From: Takakia lepidozioides
Lineage: Eukaryota; Plantae; Bryophyta
Assembly (NCBI GenBank): GCA_030704615.1
Contig: CM060732.1
Location: forward strand, 11,346,001-11,410,000
Reading direction: 5' to 3'
DNA length: 64,000 nucleotides
How positions within the stretch are numbered: the first letter of the stretch is position 1; each line of letters begins with the position of its first letter. The notes under the pieces were generated by a model. That model was given only the letters and a program-made list of their open reading frames with translations, was not told the DNA's origin and made no database searches. Position numbers and translations under genes: made by a program. Below, piece by piece: positions 52,430-64,000 of the stretch.

Positions 52430-52542
52430 GCTGGTCTATTCACCACTGTTGCTGGCACTCGCACTTCGAGGTTGTTTTACTGATTGACTGGTTCTTGTGC
52501 CGATATTTGAAGACATCTAAGTGATTTTCTTTATGAGCTAAC

Positions 52543-52857
52543 ATGTTTATATGGATGGGCTTCAGTTACAGCCTCGGTCGAGTATTCGCGAGTGTGGAGT
52601 CAACAGACATTATCAACAAGACTGGCCATCCCTTTACTGTGAAACGAGGCCTCTCTGGCGTGATAGAGAAAACGGTAGGTTCTGGCGAGCAATATACTAT
52701 CACCAGAAACAAACATGACACCTTCATGAAGTATTTTTTATATTCGAATGCAGATCCTATCGTACAAGTTACTGGTGATGAGATGTCGGATTATGAAAAA
52801 ATCACCATCAATGCGTACTCGAAAGTGAAAGTGCCTCGGAGGAACTCTAAACAGTGA
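52543..52857 (+). CDS. Small protein of unknown function (paralog 2; start uncertain, possibly a spliced exon)
   Basis: TDIINKTGHPF...VQVTGDEMSDYEKITINAYSKVKVPRR, homologous to 52106-52429. Confidence 0.55.
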   Translation: MFIWMGFSYSLGRVFASVESTDIINKTGHPFTVKRGLSGVIEKTVGSGEQYTITRNKHDTFMKYFLYSNADPIVQVTGDEMSDYEKITINAYSKVKVPRRNSKQ

Positions 52858-53369
52858 GTTACTCTATTCTCCAATTCTTCTGGCACCTATGGAGATAGGT
52901 GTGCGAGTAGAGCTGATATTATGACGCATGGAATTCACTTTTATGCCATGTGGATGGATTGTGATTGTAGGTTGGATAATGCCTCAGGGAGCTCTTCAGA
53001 TCATCCAAGAAATCTTCCAACTGCTAAGACCCGAATTGCCGGTGGGTAGGGAATTCCAAAAAGGCCTTGATGTGAAATGCAGCGCAATTCACTTGATCAG
53101 ATGCCAATTCAATTGAACTAACCCTAATTTGCAATTCAATTGAATTGTAATCTATAATTTTTAACGCAGTTTTGTATATAATATATATAATATATGATCA
53201 TGTATATGTATATGTATATGTATCATATACACATATATATACGAGAGTATAAGATGAATATACATGCTGGCCCGTCTATTCCTGCTGCCCGTCCATTCTT
53301 TGCTTGTGGTAAGGCCTAAGTCACGACATGAGTCGCGTACCCTAAAGGAGAGATATATACTACACATAT

Positions 53370-53625
53370 ATACTAGTAGAGGTATCGTCATTAGGTTGTA
53401 GCCCTGTTTGATATATCTACAGAGGTATAGTATTTCATTTTACAAGAAAAGTTGGCCAAATTAATCTATATTTATGCGGAGGTATCGTCATGAGACAGTA
53501 GCCCTGTTTAGTATACCACCAGAGGTATAGCGCCTGACTTACAAAGAAACCTGGTCAAATCAGCCTATATGCAGGTTGAGGTATCGTTATGAGGTAGTTG
53601 CCCTGTTTAGTATACCTACAGAGGG
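53370..53625 (+). repeat. About 100-bp tandem repeat (about 3 units), with an inverted counterpart at 59355-59552
   Basis: GAGGTATCGT(C/T)AT...GCCCTGTTT recurs at about 53378, 53479 and 53578. The reverse complement (AACAGGG...ACGATACC) occurs at about 59361 and 59460. Confidence 0.75.
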
Positions 53626-54031
53626 ATTGGCAACGTACGCATTCTTATCTTTGTTTTTATCCCAGTCCTCGCTTGTTAGATTCTACAGCTGTTCATCGCG
53701 TAGCACTTGGCTACATGATTGTCTATTGTTTCTGGTTTACTCAATAAGAAGAGTGGGATAGAAATGTCAAGTGAGTTTTTCATGGTACGTGTCATGGTTG
53801 GGTGGACATGAAGAGGCCAAGGAAGAGGCAGCAGCAGAGCTGACACATTTGGTAAGGCAACCGTGTCCATCCTGAGTATGAAGGATGCTGCACCCTCGGA
53901 AATACAAGATGCTTCAAGTAAGTTCAAAGAGCTTTCTTCTCTTTCTGGTGTGCTGGATATGTATGCGGAGGACAACTAATATCACCTTAGGTGCCAAGGG
54001 AGAAACAAACAACCAGACCCTATTTCATTTC

Positions 54032-54034
<3 letters not shown>

Positions 54035-54075
<41 letters not shown>
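54035..54075. repeat. (CT)n microsatellite
   Basis: About 20 CT units. Confidence 0.95.
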
Positions 54076-54079
<4 letters not shown>

Positions 54080-54339
54080 TTTCTCCCTGTCCTCTAGGAA
54101 GCCTATTGACATTGGGTGGACTTGAAACGGGAGTACATTAATGTCTCTGTCACTAAATGCCGGCCTTCTGACCTCGTGTCCTTGTTTGTTTCGACCTTAA
54201 GCGTTTTGCTTCAGGTAAGGTAGTGCATTGGATTTAGTTGGAAAGCTTGGGGCCTTTCCCTCTTTAGAATATGCCTACACGGGCCATTCCCTGCAACTCC
54301 CTGGAGTATGATCTCTGAATGGTAACAAGCGGACTCCTA

Positions 54340-57300
54340 CCGCTTGGGGGCAGCCCCTCCGCCCAAATTGGGCAGTCGTATGCTCTGTCTAGCATACTCG
54401 GCGCTTGGGCTCGGGTTGGTTCCTGTGCTTAAACTTATGGCCTGCGACTACAATCAAAAATTTAGCTCCTATCAACATCAACACTCCTCGGGGTGATCCC
54501 TGGGAATTTGCCAAATCTAGGGCTTCATGTGTAGTTTTTGGGGTGAATCCCAGGATGGACGATGTGTCCTTTAAAACTACATGCTCTACCTTAGGCTTGG
54601 ATTTCATGGTTAATGGTACCATCTCGAGACTTGATAACAGGGATACGTTGAAGGTTGCAATGACCAAAAGTGCTTCTAATAGAGTCCCGCATCAATTCAA
54701 TCTCAAATAAGTTCGTCCGTGATTTCTTGTTTGACAATTGTGAAATTATCAACAAGGGTTTGAGGTACGAGCATAGTATCTGGCTAAAACTGAATTTGAA
54801 GGGCGGCATGAGTACTCTGCTGGACCTCTTTGTCCGTTGTGTTTACATGCCCACAGAGGGGACCCTGTGTGCTGACACAGACAAGGCCTCACAAGTTTTG
54901 AAGCTGGACTGTGCTTCGTTCCTTGCCAAAGGTCAGGTGGTACTATTGGGGGACTTCAATGCCTGGGTGGGCAAAGGGATCCATCAGGACGATATCATTG
55001 GACATTTTGGTGAGGACGAGCTGAATTCTAATGGCAGACGGTTAATTAACTGTCTAGAAGAGCTTCAGCTTTTGACCTTGAATAACAGGACAAGAGGTGA
55101 CCAAGTGCAGTGGACTCGTGAGAAACCCCAAACTGGGGAACGTTCCATTGTGGACTATATCATAATGGACAAAATTTTGTTCCCCCAGTGTGCCGATGTG
55201 TTGATCGACAGAACTGATATTGGTACCTCTGACCACTTGCTGGTTTGGACTGACATCAAAAGGTGTTTTCCCACCACCAAGAGATCTGTGAAACGTTCGA
55301 TTCGGAAGTGGCGCATAGAAAAATTCCACAATGAGGAGGTCAAGGCTGAGTACGAGCAGTGGACTCTTGGGAGAGTTTCGTTTCTCCGTGGCTGACAAGA
55401 TCATTGGGAGGAAACTAATTGTCTGCGGTAGAGCTGTTAATTGGTGGACTAATGAGATTAAACTCAAGATAGCTGAGAGACGAGCCCTCTATAAACAGTG
55501 CTGCAATTTGGAAACCAACAGAGAATTGTGGGCGAGGGACTACCAGCTCCGTAAAGATATCAATCAGCTTGTTAGGTCTCAGAAAAAATTACACTGGGAC
55601 AAGTTATACAGTGAAATAAACTCAAACCACCATGGTGGTAATGACAAGAAATTCTGCTTGGCCCTTCAACGTTTGTACAAACCGAAAAACGGTCAGCAAG
55701 TACAAGCGCTGAAGACTACTAAAGGTGCAGTGGTGACTTCATCGGTTGACATTGTCAAAACCTTTGAAACTCACTACAGTATCCTTGGCAGAACTTCTAG
55801 GTATAACAGTGAGGGGTCTTCTGCTGAATGGAGGGACACAGTTGGAAAAACTGTTCCTATGATTCAAAACAGCCCTGATGAACTGGAGTATATTTCAATG
55901 GCTTATAATGCTCCCATTAGTTCTTCTGAGATTGTCGAAGCAATTGAACATATAAATGGAGGTAAAGCTCCTGGACCAGATGGTATTGTCAACGAGCTTA
56001 TCAAGCACGGTGGCGATCCCATGATAGAGGCCCTAGTTCTCCTCTTTAACCTTCTCTGGAAGACTGAAATGATCCCCTTTCGCTGGCGACAGGGGGTCAT
56101 TGTCAATCTATACAAGAAGGGTGACAGAGAAGAACCGGGGAACTACCGTGGCATCACGCTCCTCAATGTTGTTGGCAAGACATTCTGCTTATTTATAAGT
56201 ACTCGTCTCGAGGTTGATCTGGAGTCTAGAGGTTGTTTCCACGAAGGCCAAGCTGGCTTTCGGCGAAACAGGGGCTGTGTGGATCATATCTTCACTCTAA
56301 GCCAGATTATCCAGGGAAGGAAAAAGAAGGGAAACCCACTTATGTCTTTTTCCTGGATGTCAAAAAGGCTTATGACACAGTGTGGAGAGATGGCCTATGG
56401 TTCCGCCTCTGGTCTTGTGGGATCAAGGGAAAGATGTGGAGAGTTGTCCACAACTTGTATGCTCACACCAAAAGCTGTGTCACTGTTAACGGACAGAAGT
56501 CCAACTTCTTTGACTTAGACCAAGGTGTAGCTCAAGGATGTACTCTCTCCCCTCTGCTCTTCAATGTTTTCATCAATCAACTCCTCGAGGATGTGGAAAG
56601 TGAGGGATTTGGGTTAAGGGTGGGTGATACCACCATACCAGCCCTTATGTTTGCGGATGACTTCGCAGGCATAGGGGAGACTCCAACCAATCTCCAGGAG
56701 TTGATTGATTGCGCGAAGACATACTTTGATCTTTGGGGGCTAGAGGCTAATGTCAGCAAATGTGCAGTGGTAGCATTCAACGACAGAGGAGAGGGAGGAA
56801 GTGATCTTAAGTGGCAGTGGGGTAGCCAAGAGATCCCGGTCCTCCCTTCCTACACTTACCTGGGCGTTGAGTTCTCCTCCAATTGTAATTGGGATGCACA
56901 TATCCGGAAAGTTGTTCAAACTGGCAAGGGCAAAGCACTGGGGCTCACTAAATTTTTGCACTGCAGAGGGGTCAACTCTGAGGTTAAGAAAACCATGCTT
57001 TGTCGCGTTATTAGACCCGCCTTGGAGTACGGATCTGCTATATGGGTTGATAACTCCAACCAGGCTAAGTCTGTAGAATCCATTCAAGTGGGGGTGGTTA
57101 AGGAGTGTATGTCAGCATGCTCAAAACAACCAATGTGGCTGTTCGGGGTGAGTTTGGCATTCCGTCCTTCAGCTCCCGACGACATGAATTCAAGGTCAGA
57201 TGGTGGGGTCAGCTGCAACATATGCCCAACACCAGATATCCTAAATTAATCGACTCTATATCTTGGAAACAGGACCGCCCTGTCAAACAGGCTAAGTCCT

Positions 57301-57512
57301 GGTAGAAGAGAGTACAAGAGATCCTCAAGGACCTGGACCTGTATCCGCAAGGCTTGACCCTGCTGGATAAGTCTGACTTAGAGGCTGTAGTGTCCAAAGC
57401 CATGTCTGTTGCCATGAGATTGTCTGATGAAAATGAAGTTAGGCAGAAAACTTCCCTGAACTTGTTTCCAGTCAGTGACATGGGGGAGGACATGTTGGAT
57501 GACCTCAAGGAT
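54340..57512 (+). mobile_element. Non-LTR retrotransposon (LINE) with APE endonuclease and RT, degenerate
   Basis: VYMPT, LLGDFNA, IVDYII, SDHLLV; GKAPGPDGI, NYRGITLL, QAGFR, FLDVKKAYDTV, GVAQGCTLSPLLF, FADD, YLG. Frameshifts near 55370, 56330 and 57110. Confidence 0.93.
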
Positions 57513-58650
57513 AAGAGTAGGTGTGAAAGTTACTTGACAAGCTTTTGTGCAAATTGTAACAATAGTCAGGGTTTACTGTGGGTACAGGGAAGCTACATGC
57601 ACCACTTGTGACAAGGTACATATCTAAATCAATCTGAGACATGCTTATTTCAGATGTGGTGCTCAGCATGGTTAACAATGTTAGGAAATGAGTTTAGGGA
57701 GTTGGTTGGCTTCATTTTGTTTCTGCTGTCATTTCCATTGGAAGGGTGTGACTTGAACCTTGCTAGCCAGCAACATGTGTTTGCAGTGCTTGTATTCTTT
57801 GAAGATGTGAGCAAGAAGGCCCTAACTGGTAAACTAGTCTGTGAGCAAAACACATGAAGAACAATTGGAGTGAAGGGGTTAGTGTTTGTGTCATGGCTCG
57901 TCTGTAATGCTTGGAATTAAGTTTAGGTTGATGGTCAGTGTGACTGTTGGGTGTTTATTGTCTCCGCAATATTAGGTTGGTGGCCAATCTGCTAAAAAAA
58001 GAGCCACATCTCAAGAGCTTGCAGGCAGCAGTAGACAACTTTAGGGTGTGTTCTCTACCCTATAACAACATTGTCTTTTTGTGAAGATAGGAATAGGGGT
58101 CCAGTGCTACGAGCTCGGAGCACCGAGCTTTTCAAACAACATTGTTTTTTCCAGGAGACAGGAAGGTATCTAAACATGGGAAGATCCAACATAACAGGGA
58201 AGCGTATCAAAGTGAAGTCAAGACGTCATGAAGCCCCTTCATCTTGCGTTGTGTCTGTTGTAGCAAACAGTGACGTCGTACCAACTCCTGTTACCTCGAC
58301 AGAGCCGGCGCGTACAGGAGGAGGGCAAGGAGTGCTAGGAGGGCAAGGAAGTAAGTTCATGCTTATTTACAACTCTTGGGACTCCTAGGGGATTCCTAGT
58401 TTCAAGTACATTTTCATTCTTTTATTGCTTGGATTGTATGCAACGTCTTTACTTCCACAGAGGTATTAAAAGGTGTCTTTTCTGTACAGAGGTATGTGCA
58501 TTATGTGCAGGATAGGTGTAGTGCTAAACACAGAAGTATAATAGATGCCTAGAGACAAATATCTTTACAAAGGTATCATCATGTAGGTGAATCTCCATTT
58601 CTAAAACCCTGGTATGCCTAATTTCACACATCCACTATCTATGTTATTTA

Positions 58651-59106
58651 GGTGGTTCGTTTGCACAAGAGGGGGTGCACTACAAACGGGAGAATGGACA
58701 TTGGTTTTGTTTGATCTGCGGCGAAGGACCTTCCATGGGTTGGAAGGACAAACATAACTTCCAAAACCACCTTGTGGTAAAGTGTGGAGGTCCTCGCCTC
58801 CTTCCAGGTAAGCCTGGTCGCCCTACGGATGGGAAGAAGAGAAAACAAAATTACCATAGAACGAACATGAAGATCTATGGGGATGCAGATAAGAGAAAGA
58901 GGGTGTATGAGAACAAGGCGCGTTACAGGTTCAAATTGAAAGCGGAGCGACTGTGGGAAATGGCACAAGGTGGTTCAAGGCACGTTACTGGCAAAAGAAA
59001 TATGGCTATCTCTGAAAGAAACAGACAATTTCAAACCTCACAATTGATGAATGGCTTCCCCTGCATCATCATGTACTCCCCTGGCACTAGTATCTGGCCC
59101 CCATGA
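58651..59106 (+). CDS. Putative exon with a C2H2/C2HC-like zinc finger and basic tail
   Basis: TTTAG| acceptor near 58651, then WFCLICGEG....W.DK.NFQNHL..KC followed by GKPGRP and a K/R-rich helix. Confidence 0.4.
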   Translation, partial: GGSFAQEGVHYKRENGHWFCLICGEGPSMGWKDKHNFQNHLVVKCGGPRLLPGKPGRPTDGKKRKQNYHRTNMKIYGDADKRKRVYENKARYRFKLKAERLWEMAQGGSRHVTGKRNMAISERNRQFQTSQLMNGFPCIIMYSPGTSIWPP

Positions 59107-60384
59107 CACAACCCCAGAGAAAACAAAAGACATGTTCATTTCGAGAATTATCTCCAATAATCTTGTTTCGATACCCTTACAAAGGTATCATGTTGCAATT
59201 GGGCTGTGTGTTCGATAGAGAGTTTAATATATCAACTCTTAGACGTTGATACTCTTACAGTGGTATCATGTTTGGTATATGTACATACCCGTATATTGGC
59301 ACTATAAGGGCTTGGCAGTATGAAATTGGTTAGTGTCTCAAGGTGCAGATGAAACATGCTAACAGGGAAACTACCTCATAACGATACCCTTACCTACAGA
59401 TGGTGTAGTTTTGACTAAGTTTCTTTGGAATCAAGCGCTGTACCTCTGTGAGTATACCAAACAGGGCTAGTACCCAATGACGATACCTCTACCTGCATAT
59501 AGACTAATTTACCAAAACTAACTAAGTTCTGTTGTAATCAAGCGCTATACCGCTACACCTGCGCAAAGGGCGTCCATTCAGTAGAGGTTGAAAATGACTT
59601 GGGCATCTCAAAGTAGACTCCTAACCTATCATGCCAAGTGATACCATTCATCATCATACCTGTCATACCTATCATCATCATGCCAAGTGTAAGGTTGTTG
59701 ACCACTTATGTGAGAAAAATAAATGTTACATGGAAGCAAAAAAATTCTACTTTGTGGTTGTACAGGCTACAGGAGTGTTCTAAAACCTGGAGAGATAGAC
59801 CTCTCGGTGGCTATGGAAGGTATACAGCAGTTGGAGAAACCATGACTCCAATCAACAGAACACAAGTTATCAGATTTTAAACTCAAGGTACATGGCATAT
59901 AAGAGACAAGGGTGCAGCTATAAGTCCTGGTTGAATATTCGTGTCTCCATGAGTGTATATTCAGATTTTTATTACTGTATGCAAAATTCTTAGATTATGA
60001 ATAGAGGGTTCTTGAAAATGAGGCAAGTTGGTCATCATTGTCTCATATGTGGGGCAGACAAAGATTGTTGGAGATAAAAGGCGGCCTCATGAGCCTCACG
60101 CTGTGCACTTCCCAATGAAACCCAACAATTTCACAACCCTCCAGAGATCGTACAACCCAGGCCCTGCCCCCAAGTAGTATGGTTGGGAGATGATAATGGT
60201 TTAGGGTGTATGGTTCAATATGGACAATGGATATGATGAAGGGAAAAGATGACATTTATTTAACAGAAATCCTCAAAGTACGTGACATAAAATAATTATC
60301 TTTGAATGTGATTGTCCCACTTATTCAGTTAATCACAATTACATACAAGAGCTTGTGTAATTAAAAGTTGGAAAGCTTCCCTAC

Positions 60385-62065
60385 TTAACACGGTATTACC
60401 AATGAGGTCCAATTGATCAAAATATCTATGTTCATGCGTTGCCAAACCACAATACCAAGACATGTAGTAGTGGAGATGAAAACAAGAGATCGAATCCTTC
60501 CCAACCTTTCCAATTTCATAAGCTTGTGCACGGACACGAACCATGTCAGGAATGAGTTCAGCTCCTTTGGTAGGAAGGTCATGCAAACCACCTGTACATC
60601 GCCACCTTTGATTCCCACGAGGCCCCAAGTCTTGGTTACCAATGTGTCGGGGGTCTTCCCTGAATCGTGGGTCATCAATAAGGTGGCTGGTCCATCTACA
60701 TGATCAAACACATCACCACATTAGAATAACATTCCAATGTAAATTGTAGCTTAACAATGAAAGTACAAACAAGAGAAAACCATGAGCTTACCCATGCAAA
60801 CGTTCATACTCGCGAAAGAAACGAGCAGGAACATGTGATCGACGATATCGACCGTTTTCATTAATCGTGCGAACTCGATGTCCATTCCAAATCTTCACGT
60901 ATTCATCAACAGCTTCTTGTAGTATGGGCATATATACGTCAATAAAAGTTCTCGTTGCCACGGATCGTCCATATCCAATAATCCATCATTGACCATTGCT
61001 TGGAAGCAATTTTTGTAGTAGAACATTACCTTCTCCCATAGATGCCGCCAAAAGTGTTCAATCCTCTAACGTGGTGATTCACCACACAAAGTATTAGGAA
61101 TATGCACAACATTACACACTCAAAGATTAATAAAGATGAACCAAGAAATATGACAGAAACGTAAAGTTGATATGCAAGATAGAATTGTATAGAACACTAA
61201 CCTGATTGTGTGTAGAAGACCCAGTCAAGTACGGATTGGGTGTTTCAGAACGTGTGGCTTCAATGTGTTGTTTTATAAGAGAGTGCTCTACTGCAAAATC
61301 AGATCGAATTCGTAAAGGTGCTCCAAACTTGGAAACTGCATTGTGATATCCTTTGAAAATGGTTTTTTCTTTCTTGTTTCTTGCAACGTTCGCCCATAAA
61401 ACAAAATGAGAGGCCCCATCAATGCCAGCATGTACTCGAAGACCAAACATAATCAATTTGTCATAAGCTGCACCACGAATTGCATACATGTTTTAGTTTG
61501 CCTACAATTTTGTGCGATATGTAATACAAAGAAAACGCCTTGCATGTGCATCTTCAAAGAACATTAAGATGCATGAGATAAAATACTTACAGTCAATGTG
61601 CCATAGAGCCATAGGCATTGTCACATTATACTGAGTCCTCCGAATTGCCTGTGCCCTTCTCCTACGCTCATAATGGTAGGGTGAGATGATTTTCAAAGCT
61701 TCCCCCACCTTCCTTCGAGGAATCCGCCAATTTGACCTCCTTAAGGCAGATTGCACTGTTCTCATTCCCCAATTTGACCCATTCTCTTCAATAGGAAGTA
61801 ACTCTTGAATCTTTTCACACAAGCATTGGACACTCAATTCATGATGAACTTTGAAAGGAGACCCTTGGACTTCTGATAGCAATCTTCTCAATGGTCGTAC
61901 ATCATCAAAAGAAAGGGCAGTGGCGATTGATTTCATTGTGGCACCCTCATTCAACATTGCTTCCACATAAAGTACTAAATCATCCACTACTTTGTCACCA
62001 TCCAAATGGTTGTTGTCCATGTTCACATGATCTGTCTTATCTCTGCTTAATAGCCCCAGTGCCAA
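60385..62065 (-). pseudogene. IS3EU-like DDE transposase (integrase-core type), spliced
   Basis: Exons about 62065-61591, 61470-61202 and 61065-60790. G.RT....LR.....PR..V...L; R..Y.V..P.ALWHID; KL...G...H.GIDG.S; G.P.RIRSD; GSSTHNQ|RIE..WR; WN.H.VR. Confidence 0.75.
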
Positions 62066-62319
62066 TGCTTTCGACCTTGCCCTTGTTGTAATTGTTTGCT
62101 GTTAATTCTGTAGTCACTGTATCCACTCACACACTCCCCATAAGACTTACGTCACTAAAGTTCACATAGGCTATCAAGTAGATGAACCAAATGTACTTTG
62201 AAACAACAACTACTCTATCCTAAAATGTATTAGCAAACCACAGTACACAGTGTGGGCAGGTTGAAGACAAACCATGTGATCAAGCTCTTTCTTTCAGTGT
62301 GTGTGTTGAGGAGCGTTTG

Positions 62320-63950
62320 GTACAACCTGGATGCATTCAAGGGACTTGGCATGGTTGGAGTTGTCAACTCGCACGACTGATGCATACTCCAAAGCAGGCC
62401 TTATCACATTGTGAAGCATGGTCCTTTTGACGTAAGAAGGGAGGGAGAGTGTAGGAAGGGAGCACTGGCCCGCCCCTGTTTCCATTTGAGATCCCCACCT
62501 CCCTCCCCATGGTCGTTGAATGCCACCAGAGTGCAAAGAGATCATTTTAGAGGTGATTACCCACTCAAGGCAGAGTTTTGAAAAACATTCTTGACTATAA
62601 AAGCTCAACTAACTCATAGGCAAGTGTGCCTTCAAAGTGGCTAACAGGGCTAACACCTGCTCTTGGTTCTTGCTCTCTGGTAGAACAATAGACAACACCT
62701 CAAGAGTAAGCTGCTTCCTGTATTCTGGATACTCTGGGTGCATAACCTTTTTCCACGGGTCAGGATCCATGCGCTCCACCACATACCTAAGAAGCGCCAA
62801 CAAGATGTACTCAAGTAATTTCTTTATCATTTCTATGACATCATGCAAAACACAAGACAGAATCACAAATGACGGAAAATAGAGTTGGGATGTACCTGGC
62901 CTGAACCTTGAAGAGCTTGTGCTTGTTTGTGACATCAACAAGCTCCGCATCACATTGACCACGTCTATATGCAATTACTTCAAGTGTGTAATCTTCTGTC
63001 TCACAATATTTACCAATGACCTTAGAGTCATAGTAGCGGTTTCTGGTCAGAAAGAGCTCTGGATCTTTGTTTGTATCAACGATGATCTTCCCCAGTGCAT
63101 TATGTGCATGCACTTCTTCGCTCCCTTCACTCACAAGATGCTCTAAGAACTGAGTCAGCAATCCCAACTGGTTCCTGTCCAACCCATCAAACCGTTAGTT
63201 TGATTCATCCTGAGACAACAGACAGCTTCCACATGGAATTAAAAAGTCAGTAATGTGCCCTCTTTCCTTACATTTTCATCTTGTGCATAACCTGAGAATT
63301 GACTGTGACATAGACATCATGTGGGGAGAAAACAAACAGATTAATAATGACATAAAGATCGGGACAATTTATTACCTCTTCTCGCACTCGTCAACCAGTG
63401 CCTCCACTGGCAGTAGAGAGTGGACAGACAAGATAAAGTCCTTGATGAAATCCTCGGGGCGGCCATCATCCAGCAATTGCCCAACCACCAAAGGCGCATT
63501 TTTTGGGTTCAACTGCACAAGAAAGGATCATTAGAAACTTTATTTGCATGGACATAAAAGTGACTGTTTGACCTCCAGGGCAAGGATAAAGTATACATCC
63601 AGACATACTGCAAAAATTAATCTGGAGACAAAACTAGATTAAAAAGAACACAAATAAGAGGGGACGAAATATTCACTCAGGCCTAATGGAAAGTATATTC
63701 CAGCTCTGAGTCAAGACACACCAGTGTAGATCGACAAAATTAAAAGATTGAAGTATGATGAGCAGAGAACTGCAAGAGTGCAAAAGCAGAAATAGACCTG
63801 AAGGGCATGCATGTAAAGACCAGCTTTCCGACAGAGCTCAGCAATTTGAGGACGGTCATAATGGCTGAACATGCCAGTTGCCAAAATTGAATCCGCTATG
63901 CTGGGGGACGCGACCAGACTGATCTTCAAGACCTGCATGACCAACAACAT
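62320..63950 (-). pseudogene. CHC: Second clathrin heavy chain fragment joined to a LINE fragment; inverted duplicate of 36969-38325 plus one more upstream exon
   Basis: [28 protein letters not shown] (63800-63935). Exons, introns and the LINE junction closely match 36969-38325. Confidence 0.88.
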
Positions 63951-64000
63951 TCATTTACACATGTCACCCCCATTATCCAGTGGATTAACATGACCTTGTC

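Overview
Eukaryotic, intron-containing, transposon-dense DNA. The gene content (N-carbamoylputrescine amidase, clathrin heavy chain fragments, chromovirus, HeLo-like kinase) suggests a non-seed land plant, probably a bryophyte; this is inferred, not determined. The only plausibly intact host gene is the first two coding exons of CPA/NLP1 (1204-1746, - strand). The central structure is a nest of two different methyltransferase-carrying transposons. (1) A - strand Ty3/gypsy element has the order gag-protease-C5 cytosine methyltransferase-RT-RNaseH-integrase-PHD finger. (2) A 12.9-kb Mutator-like element (5506-18360, 11-bp TSD, degenerate ends) is inserted in that integrase. It carries a MULE/SWIM transposase and a divergently oriented spliced gene encoding a ParB-like domain plus a beta-class N4C/N6A methyltransferase fold. 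The predicted first intron of that gene holds about 25 tandem 115/116-bp units, each with an 18-bp-arm palindrome. The rest of the window contains a decayed chromovirus, scrambled copies of a 726-bp LTR, a hAT remnant, a kinase-clathrin-LINE chimera with an inverted partial duplicate 24 kb away, a TTAA-bounded piggyBac, a LINE, an IS3EU-like transposase, a Tc1/mariner-type MITE and two small paralogous ORFs. Most element ORFs carry frameshifts or stops. All family assignments come from reading motifs by eye; no searches were run.
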